A stretch of 64,000 nucleotides of DNA from Clostridia bacterium (GTDB taxonomy: Bacteria > Bacillota > Clostridia > Monoglobales > Monoglobaceae): assembly GCA_017436245.1 (NCBI GenBank), contig JAFSDN010000088.1, forward strand, positions 10,075 to 74,074, read 5' to 3'. Positions 38,191 through 46,700 of this stretch are shown piece by piece. The stretch's first letter is position 1, and each line of letters begins with the position of its first letter. The notes beneath the pieces were generated by a model. That model was not told the origin of the DNA. It saw nothing but the letters and a program-made list of their open reading frames with translations, and did not search any database. Both the position numbers and the translations under genes were made by a program.

Positions 38191-38330
38191 GACTACCCCT
38201 CAGTCACCTTGCGGTGACAGCTCCCCTGACAAGGGGAGCCGGGAGGACTTACGGTGTTTCAGCTTGCCTCCCCTTGTAAGGGGAGGTGGGTTGCGGAGCA
38301 ACTCGGAGGGTCTTGACGTAACTGAGGGAG
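38191..38330. repeat. GC-rich multi-stem intergenic element
   Basis: An outer 8-bp pairing, ccctcagt (38196-38203) with actgaggg (38321-38328), encloses four hairpins. These are gtcacc-ttgc-ggtgac (38203-38218), gctcccct-gaca-aggggagc (38220-38239), cctcccct-tgta-aggggagg (38267-38286) and gttgc-gga-gcaac (38290-38302). Confidence 0.7.
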
Positions 38331-38396
38331 TTCGCAATAAATAAGCAAAAAAATAAAATAAATATAAAAATTTTATACAAAAAGGAGTAGAAATTT

Positions 38397-40094
38397 ATGA
38401 AAAAACGTATTATTTCTCTAACCCTGACACTTTTGATGGTGTGCAGCTTGTTCACCATCGCACCCGTATCTGCGGCTGCTGGTGTAACGGCAACCTTGCC
38501 TGACGGCACAGTTGTTGAAAACTTCACCAAGGATTACAGCAGACACAACAATGTTCTCAATTTCTCCTTTGAAAAGAACATTGACACTGAAGAGCTTTCG
38601 AACGAAAGCGTAACCGTAAACGGCGTTGCTGCGGCAAAGGTAATTGCCACAGGAAATAACTCCATTCAGGTTGACATGGGAACACTCAGAAACATCACAC
38701 GTTACCGTGTTGAATTCCCCGGTGTTCTGGACATGGAATGGAATCCTGTTGGCGGACAGTTTGTGTTCACAACCGGAACAGGCGTTATCCGCGGAATGGA
38801 ATTCACATGGGATTCTATGCCAATAAATCCTGCCTATAATACGGTTGACTACGGTATTGAATCCTGTGAGCATAATAAGGCTGACGGAACAGTTACCTTT
38901 AAAACAACAAAAGGAACATGGGGAACTTTGTTTGAAACATATGTTAACGCATTTGGCGAAAATATTGCAACAAATGACATCAAGCAGATTGTTATGCGTG
39001 CGAAGACAAACGTTACGGGTAACTTCTATACTTACTTTGTTCTGGGCGACAAGACATATGTTACAGGCGACCATGACAGAGAGGTTCGTGCAGGTTGGAC
39101 AATTCAGGCAAGTGATGAATATCAGGAATATATCCTTGATGCAAGTGCTTTGAATCAGGAGGTTTGGCCCAATCAGACCTTAAATCTTATAAGAATGCAG
39201 ATGCCCGAAAATGCAACGGTTGACATTGACTACATCAGACTTGTTACTTATGATTATGAAACAAACGGCTATCTTGCAGACTGGGATTTCACCAACTTCC
39301 AGAACCCGATAGGCTTGGGTACTGTTAAAAACAGCAATGTACCTGAAGGTATACTGAGAGAAGACGGTATTTATTTTGAAGCAGCAACATGGGGCGGCCC
39401 CATTGGTACTGCAAACGCATATCAGATGAATATCAATCCTGTAACCGTTGCTAAGTTTGAATATCATGCACTTGATACATTCGGTATTGAAAATCTGGGA
39501 ATATATATTGTGAGAGCCGGTGAATTGACAGCTCCGCCTCCTGTTAACGAAAATCAGCGCTTCCAGCTTCAGCAGTTGGGCGGTGGCGGAAACTGGCACA
39601 CTTATAATCTGACACCTGAACACGCAACATACCCCAACAATGACTGTAACTGGCTGTTCTTCTTTACAAATAAAGTACCGGATATGCCGGCATGGGATTT
39701 TCTTATCAAGTACATAAAGATGTACCCCGAAAACTGGGTTGAAAATCCTGTGAATGTTCCTGTTACAACATATGAGCTTGTGAGCGGATTTGAAACAGCA
39801 GATGAAGCTGTACTTTCAGGAAGCGTTCCTGCAGGCAGTGTAACAGCAGTTACAGGCGGTTTCTATAACACCGATTCTGCAAAAAAGGATGTAACATTAG
39901 TTGTTGCGCTTTACAAGGATAATGCACTTGTAGACGTAAAAATGAACAAACAGTCAATCACGGGTCATGGATACCTCTCTCAGCTTGACGCAACAGTTGA
40001 AGTACCCGACGAGGGTTATGAGGTTAAGGCATTCCTCTGGGACGGCGCAACACCCATGTATGATGTACTTACAAAGGACAACAGCAGTTTGTAA
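38397..40094 (+). CDS. Secreted protein, paralog of the C-terminal third of the 43737-48332 product
   Basis: 565 aa with signal peptide ..TIAPVSA/AAG. It is colinear, with no indels detectable by eye, with the last ~533 aa of the 1531-aa protein. It contains an Ig-like segment (VTVNG...RYRVEFPG), the W...VDIDYIRLVTY module, a second variant module and a C-terminal Ig-like domain (VTLVVALYKDNALVDVKM...VKAFLWDG). Confidence 0.8.
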   Translation: MKKRIISLTLTLLMVCSLFTIAPVSAAAGVTATLPDGTVVENFTKDYSRHNNVLNFSFEKNIDTEELSNESVTVNGVAAAKVIATGNNSIQVDMGTLRNITRYRVEFPGVLDMEWNPVGGQFVFTTGTGVIRGMEFTWDSMPINPAYNTVDYGIESCEHNKADGTVTFKTTKGTWGTLFETYVNAFGENIATNDIKQIVMRAKTNVTGNFYTYFVLGDKTYVTGDHDREVRAGWTIQASDEYQEYILDASALNQEVWPNQTLNLIRMQMPENATVDIDYIRLVTYDYETNGYLADWDFTNFQNPIGLGTVKNSNVPEGILREDGIYFEAATWGGPIGTANAYQMNINPVTVAKFEYHALDTFGIENLGIYIVRAGELTAPPPVNENQRFQLQQLGGGGNWHTYNLTPEHATYPNNDCNWLFFFTNKVPDMPAWDFLIKYIKMYPENWVENPVNVPVTTYELVSGFETADEAVLSGSVPAGSVTAVTGGFYNTDSAKKDVTLVVALYKDNALVDVKMNKQSITGHGYLSQLDATVEVPDEGYEVKAFLWDGATPMYDVLTKDNSSL

Positions 40095-40228
40095 GAACAG
40101 AGTGTGGAATGACTACCCCTTCTCCTCAAGGAGAAGACTACAAAGAAATGTAAAGTTTAAATTGTTACAAAGGAGTAGGGGTAGTTGATAACAAATTTTA
40201 AATTTTATGATTAAGGAGGAGACAAACC

Positions 40229-41701
40229 ATGAAAAGAATACTCACAACAATTGTTTCACTTCTTTTGTCAATGGCGCTGGTTTTGACAATGACATCCTGC
40301 GGTGGACGTAACAAAAATCAGGAAAATCAGGAAATCACATGGCATATGATGAAGCCCAGCGATAATTTGTCGTCACAAAACTTAGTTGAAGAAGAAGCAA
40401 ACAGAATCATTCAGGAAGAAATCGGTGCAAAACTCAAGTTCGACTTTATTGATGCAGGTTCATGGGCAGAAAAAATGAATGTTATGATTAATTCCGGTGA
40501 GGAATTTGATATTTTCCAGACATCGTCCGATTCTGCCGCAACATCAATTGTTATGAATGCAAAAAAAGGCACTTTTATGGACCTTACCGAGCTTCTTGAC
40601 AAGTACGGTCAGGACATCAAAGCAAAGGTTGACCCCCGTGCATGGGATGCAGTTACCTTTGACGGCAAAATTCTTGCAATTCCGTCACAGGCAAAATGGG
40701 TTCCTGAGCTTGGCTATGTATTCAAAAAGGATTTGGTTGAAAAATATAATTTTGATTACAAGAGCGTAAAATCCCTGAAGGATCTTGAACCTTACTTTGA
40801 TATTCTTCTTGAAAATGAGCCTGACATTATTCCGGCTTATGTTGTTGGTGCAGGCAACGGCAGCGGACTTGAGGAATCATATCATGGCAAGTACACACCC
40901 TGTGATGTTCCGGGCGTGTTGTTCGATGAGGACAAGGAAGAATTTGTTGATTTCCTTTCGGCAAAGCTTGACGAATATAAGCTCAAGCATGAATGGTATA
41001 AAAAGGGATATATTGCGGCTGATGCCCTTTCAAGAACCGACTCGGCTGAGTCCAAAACAGGCAAATATGCGGTTCTCACACAGGCAGGTGCAATAACTCT
41101 TGACGGTTCAAAGTCCACAGCGGTATACGGCTATCCCTGTGTTGAAATTTATGTGGGTATGGACAAAATTCCGCCACAGAACATTATGAACGGTAATGCA
41201 ATCAGCGCAACCTGCAAAAATCCCGAAAAGGCAATGCAGCTGCTTAACCTCATCTGGAAGGATGATTATCTGATTAACACTCTTGCTTATGGTGTTGAAG
41301 GCGTTAACTATGCATATGAATCGGGCAAGGGCACAGATTCTCCCACAGTTGTTCCCAAAACTGGTTCTGAGAGAACATGGGCTGTTTGGCACAACTGGAT
41401 GGGTCCCCTTTGGGCACAATGGAATTCTTCATGGAACTCAACCGAGGCTTTGCAGGAAATGAAAAAGGCAAACGAAACAGCCGAAATGAGCAAGACTGTT
41501 GGCGTTATGTTTGATATGGAGTCTATCCTGACAGAGGTTGCGGCACTCACAGGTGTTGTGAATGCTTCTTCACCGGTTCTTTTCTGCGGTGCAATGGATG
41601 ACTTTGACAAATATACTGCTGAGGTTGCAGAAAAGTTGAAGGAAGCGGGAATCGAAAAGGTTCTTGAAGAACTGAACAGACAGTACCAAGAACAGAAATA
41701 A
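40229..41701 (+). CDS. ABC transporter extracellular solute-binding lipoprotein (family 1, LplA-like)
   Basis: 490 aa with lipobox LTMTSC and RBS AAGGAGGAG. Its size and sequence are typical of sugar or oligosaccharide SBPs paired with LplB/LplC-type permeases. Confidence 0.85.
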   Translation: MKRILTTIVSLLLSMALVLTMTSCGGRNKNQENQEITWHMMKPSDNLSSQNLVEEEANRIIQEEIGAKLKFDFIDAGSWAEKMNVMINSGEEFDIFQTSSDSAATSIVMNAKKGTFMDLTELLDKYGQDIKAKVDPRAWDAVTFDGKILAIPSQAKWVPELGYVFKKDLVEKYNFDYKSVKSLKDLEPYFDILLENEPDIIPAYVVGAGNGSGLEESYHGKYTPCDVPGVLFDEDKEEFVDFLSAKLDEYKLKHEWYKKGYIAADALSRTDSAESKTGKYAVLTQAGAITLDGSKSTAVYGYPCVEIYVGMDKIPPQNIMNGNAISATCKNPEKAMQLLNLIWKDDYLINTLAYGVEGVNYAYESGKGTDSPTVVPKTGSERTWAVWHNWMGPLWAQWNSSWNSTEALQEMKKANETAEMSKTVGVMFDMESILTEVAALTGVVNASSPVLFCGAMDDFDKYTAEVAEKLKEAGIEKVLEELNRQYQEQK

Positions 41702-41724
41702 ACAGTATTGATTTTGGAATAGGG

Positions 41725-42696
41725 ATGCATGATATGAACAAAAATTATGATACAACATTGAAAAAGAATGGTTTTTTCAGTAAATTCAAGTTAGAACTGA
41801 AGCTATTTAAAAAGAACGGACAGCTTACCCTGATTGCGCTTCCGGCCATAATCGCAATTCTGGTTTTCAACTATCTGCCCCTTTACGGTCTGATTCTGCC
41901 CTTTAAACGGTACTATCCGGCACAGGGCATTATCGGAAGTCCGTGGGTTGGATTAAAAAACTTTGAGTTTTTATTCAAAACAGGGGATATATGGAATGCA
42001 CTTGGCAACACGATTTTTTACAATTTGATTTTTATTTTCATAGGCACGGCTGTTTCTGTTCTTATTGCTCTGATGCTTTATGAATTTAAAAACCGTTTTG
42101 TGAAAACATATCAAACAGCGTTGCTTATTCCGTACTTTATGTCATGGGTTGTTGTTGCGTATGTGTTCAATACACTTCTGGATATGGAGCATGGGCTTTT
42201 TAACCAGATACTCGCCCTTTTCGGCAAGGATGCGGTTAACTGGTATAATGAGGCAAAGCAATGGCCTGCAATTCTGAGCCTTGCGGGCATATGGAAAAAT
42301 GCGGGTTATAACGCCGTGGTTTATTTTGCGGCACTTATGGGCCTTGATTCGGAGTATTTTGAAGCGGCAAGAATTGACGGAGCATCAAAATTCCGTCAGA
42401 TGTGGAGTATTTCCATACCGCTTATAAGATCCGTTATCACCATTATGATTATTCTCAATATCGGCAAGATTTTCTATGGTGATTTTGGTTTGTTCTATAA
42501 CGTTACAATGAATTCGCCGCTGCTTTATTCAACAACGGACATTATTGATACATATGTTTACAGAACCCTTACGTCAATCGGTGATATAGGTATGGCTTCA
42601 ACAACAGGCTTTGCACAGTCTGTTTGCGGATTTGTGCTGGTGCTTCTCACCAACTGGATTGTAAAGAAAAAAGATCCTGAAAGTGCATTATTTTAG
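41725..42696 (+). CDS. ABC sugar transporter permease (LplB/MalF-like)
   Basis: 323 aa with six TM segments and EAA loop FEAARIDGASKFRQMWSISIPL. The start may instead be ATG 41734. Confidence 0.85.
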   Translation: MHDMNKNYDTTLKKNGFFSKFKLELKLFKKNGQLTLIALPAIIAILVFNYLPLYGLILPFKRYYPAQGIIGSPWVGLKNFEFLFKTGDIWNALGNTIFYNLIFIFIGTAVSVLIALMLYEFKNRFVKTYQTALLIPYFMSWVVVAYVFNTLLDMEHGLFNQILALFGKDAVNWYNEAKQWPAILSLAGIWKNAGYNAVVYFAALMGLDSEYFEAARIDGASKFRQMWSISIPLIRSVITIMIILNIGKIFYGDFGLFYNVTMNSPLLYSTTDIIDTYVYRTLTSIGDIGMASTTGFAQSVCGFVLVLLTNWIVKKKDPESALF

Positions 42697-42711
42697 AAAG
42701 GAGAGAATGTT

Positions 42712-43635
42712 TTGAACAGTAAAAAAATCAAGGGACATTTAATTCAAAAATCAGCAAGTGAAAGGTTTTTTTCTATCATTTCGCACATTTTTTTGATTAT
42801 TGTCAGTTTGTTGTGCGTTTGTGCCTTTTTAATAGTGCTTGGGTCATCCTTTCAAAGTCAGAGGGAAATTATGGAGAGAGGTTATGCCATAATTCCAAGG
42901 CAGTTTTCCCTGGAAGCATACAAAATGGTTTTGACCTTCCCGAAACAAATTATTGACGCATATATTGTCACAGCCGTGACAACCCTTTTGGGAACATTTA
43001 TCGGAGTTTGTATTTCGGCAGGGGCAGGCTATGTTCTGTCCCGACAAACTTACAGATACAAAAATATTATTGCGTTTTTGGTGTTCTTTTCCATGCTGTT
43101 TAACGGTGGTCTTGTTCCCAGTTATATTCTGATTACTCAGTGGCTTGGGCTCAAGGACAGCATATGGGCTTTGATTCTGCCACTTGTGACAAGCGGCTGG
43201 TACATTATTCTCATGAGGGGATTCTTTCAGAGCGTACCGGGTGCAATGATTGAGTCGGCAAGAATTGATGGGGCTTCGGAATTCAAAACCTTCTTTCAGA
43301 TTGTTTTGCCTGTTTCAAAGCCGGTTCTTGCAACAATATCACTCTTTTATGTGCTTGCTTATTGGAACGACTGGTATTTGTCCCTTTTGTATGCAACTGA
43401 TGAAAGCCTTTACAAGCTGCAGTATTTGCTGATGCAGATATTGAAAAAGGCAGAATTTTTGAATTCAGAGGCAGGAAAGCTGTTGCAGGGAACAGGTGTG
43501 GAACAAATGGAAGCTCCAACGCTCAATGTGCGTATGGCGGTCTGTGTTCTCGCTGCAGGACCCGTTCTGGTTATTTTCCCATTCTTCCAGAAGTATTTTG
43601 TCAAGGGAATAACCGTGGGCTCTGTAAAGGGTTAA
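42712..43635 (+). CDS. ABC sugar transporter permease (LplC/MalG-like)
   Basis: 307 aa. A TTG start follows RBS AAAGGAGAG. The EAA loop is IESARIDGASEFKTFFQIVLP. Confidence 0.85.
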   Translation: MNSKKIKGHLIQKSASERFFSIISHIFLIIVSLLCVCAFLIVLGSSFQSQREIMERGYAIIPRQFSLEAYKMVLTFPKQIIDAYIVTAVTTLLGTFIGVCISAGAGYVLSRQTYRYKNIIAFLVFFSMLFNGGLVPSYILITQWLGLKDSIWALILPLVTSGWYIILMRGFFQSVPGAMIESARIDGASEFKTFFQIVLPVSKPVLATISLFYVLAYWNDWYLSLLYATDESLYKLQYLLMQILKKAEFLNSEAGKLLQGTGVEQMEAPTLNVRMAVCVLAAGPVLVIFPFFQKYFVKGITVGSVKG

Positions 43636-43646
43636 ACCAAATAAAA

Positions 43647-43706
43647 TCGCTTATAGCATTATGTTGTTATCCGGCCATAACATTTATTGCTATAAGCGAA
43701 TTTTTT
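43647..43706 (+). terminator. Long hairpin plus T-tract downstream of the ABC permease genes
   Basis: The outer perfect 12-bp arms are tcgcttatagca/tgctataagcga. The inner region pairs imperfectly around ccggcc. The hairpin is followed by ttttttacattttt. Confidence 0.7.
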
Positions 43707-43736
43707 ACATTTTTATACAAAGAAGGGAATAAAAAT

Positions 43737-46700
43737 ATGAAAAAATTCGTTGCACTTTGCTTACTAATATCAATGTTCGCCTGCTTTTTGCCAATGAATG
43801 TGGCGGCTGATGTGGACGATGACCCTTGTGCCAAAACCTTTCTGGATACCTCCATGCTTGTGAATCAGGCTGACAAAAACGGTAATACTGTTATTTCGGG
43901 CTGGGACCTTAACACGGCAGGGGGAACAATTCATCCAAGAGCCTTTTTGCAGATGGTTGACACAAGCACAGAGTTCCCTGTTGAGGCTGTTCGTGCAATA
44001 GATGATATTGAATGTGGCGAGGTTACTTTTGAATTTTATGTTTATCTGGACAAAAGTATGCCGGGGCTTTCCATTCGTCTTGCAAAAGGTTTTTCAAAAC
44101 AGATGTCATTTGATTTTGAAGCGGAAGGACTGTATTTATCGGGCAACAATGGTGAACGGGTCTTTGTTGCTGAAACGCCAATAGGTTCTTTGTTTGGGGT
44201 GAAAGCCATTGTTGATATGGACAACGGCTGCGCAACTGTGTATGTGGACGGAATACGTGCGGTGACGGATGCTCCGATTTCGGTGGGTACTATTAATAAG
44301 GTTATTGTGAGCACAGGTGCGGAAACGGTTGGTGCTTTTATACTGCAGACAATCCGTATTTATCGGGGTTATGCATTGAACGAGTTTTTTACCGCAAATA
44401 ACGGTCAGTTCCCTTCGGAATGGGATATTGATGTACCCTCGGGAGTAATTGCAAAGCCTGCTCTTGACTCAACAAGCGGCGACATAACTCTGTCAAAGAG
44501 CTTTGACCCGCAAAGGGGAAATCTTGTTTTTGAATTTCAGACACGTCTGCCAAAAAAGCGGAGCGGTGTTTCATTTACGCTGAAAAACGGAAGTGATTCG
44601 GTGCTTTCGTTAAAAGCCAAAGAAAACGGATTTTATTTTGGAGATTCTATATTTTTAGGTGCGTACAAAGAGGATATATGGCAGCATTTCAGAGTGAAAA
44701 TTGATACGGAATCAGGAAATGCCGATATACAGATAAACGGTAAGCTTGTGAAAGAAAATGTCAGTATTCCAAAGAACAAAGCGGTTGACTCCTTTGAAAT
44801 ATATGTTGCCAAGGCAACAAACGGAAAGGTTTTTGCAACAGACTTTTTGCTGTATGAGGAGGAAATACCCGCTGATTATCCATCATCGCCCGTAAAGGCT
44901 GATTCGGAGGGGGTTGCAGTTGGTGTTCAGACCTGTCCTTTGTGGACTGAAGGACGGCATGTTGGCTGGGACTGGATTAATTCTGCCGAGCCAAGGATTC
45001 CGCTGCTGGGCTTTTATGACGAGTCATCACCTGAGGCGGTTGACTGGCAAATGAAGTATATGGCAGAGCACGGCATTGACTTTCAGTGGTGCTGTTGGTT
45101 TATGCCGGGCACACCGGGAAATCCCATAAAGGATATTGATGCGTCAAGATATTTGCACAACGGTTATTTTAATGCAAGGTATTCGGATGCTGTGAAGTTT
45201 GCAATCATGTGGGAAAATGCAGGAACGTACACATGGACGACCGACCCTGCATATAACCGCGAAATGTTCCTCAAGCACATTGCTCCCTTCTGGATTGAAT
45301 ATTATTTCAAGGATTCGCGGTATTTCAAGTCGGGCGGACATCCCATTGTGGGTATATACAGCTATGATAAGTTTATGACAGCCTTCAAGGACAGCACAAG
45401 CGGTTATTCGGAAATACTCAGTATGATGAATGAGTTCAAGCAGATGTGCGTTGATGCAGGTGTTGGCGCTCCCTTTGTGGTTTTGCAGGAATATCCCATT
45501 GCCTCTGACTTCGGCAACGAGGGAGCACATTATGCAAAACGGAATCAAATGGGCTTTGACGGGTTTTATACATATGGTTATAACACAAGCTGCTGGACTG
45601 AACGTCAAAAAGAGGCTCACCTGATGGGACGGGACAATGCATCGCAGCTGCGGTTTATTCCCACCTATCACAGCGGCTTTGACACAAAGGCATGGGACGG
45701 AGCTTCGGGCATAACGCTGACACCACAGCAGTTTGAAGACCTGCTCCGTGACGGCAAGGAGAACTTTTTGCCAACGTTGTCCTATACGAATCTTGACGAA
45801 CCCATTGTTATGCTGGCATCCTGGGACGAGCATGGCGAAGGTCACGCAATTATGCCAAACAAGGGATACGGTTTTGGGTATCTTGATGCGGTGAAAAATG
45901 TTTTTGCACCCGGTGAGCATACCCATGCAGAGCCAACAGAACAACAAAAGGAACGTATTTCCACGGCATATCCCACAGGACGCAAGGTGCCTTTGCGTGA
46001 GAAAATCACAGACCTTGGAGACGAGCAGAATCATACAGTTGTAAAGGGGTGGTATTTTGATTCGGACTCGGAGGGGTGGACAGGCGCTTCTTGGGAAAAT
46101 GGTTGCCTGAAAGCCACATCGACCATTGGGTTAAATAATGCAGATGTGGAAGCAATTGATGCGGATTACATTCGCTTCAAAGTGAAAAACCAATCCGATT
46201 CGTACTCGGCAACATTTACATACACAACTAACTTTTCTGAAAATAACAGCTCAAGGATGATATATATTGGCGGAAAAAGCTCTGATTTCACAGAAATATC
46301 GGTGCCTGTTTCAAAGCACGCTGACGATTGGCGGGGCAATATAGAAAAACTTAATGTTGTATTTAACGGTATTGGTGATGGGCAATGCGTGCTTATAGAT
46401 TCGATTGAATTTTTGAAAACATCACAAAATGGCAATATGATTGGTGTTGACGGTGTTTGGCTGGAAAGCGGCCTGATTCAAAGGCACGAAAAAAAATATC
46501 TGCCATTTGCGGAAGCTAAAAGTCTTTTTGGATTCAAGCATTACATAACCGAGGACGGAACATTTTGCTTTGAGGGCAAAAACGCTGTGGGAAAAGAAGC
46601 CCTTGCGGAAAGTGAGGCATTATTTGAGAACGAGGGGATTTTGTACTTGAGTGAAGATGTGTTTATGTCGCTGACTGATGAAAAGCCGCTGTTTCAGTTG

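Noticed and set aside
45144-46034. 296-aa minus-strand ORF inside the 1531-aa giant gene, and similar long antisense ORFs at 38418-39074, 47100-47663, 48355-48987 and 31363-31899
   Set aside because: All lie opposite long genes whose products show clear paralogy and domain structure. The antisense products are Cys/Arg/His-rich with no recognisable motifs.
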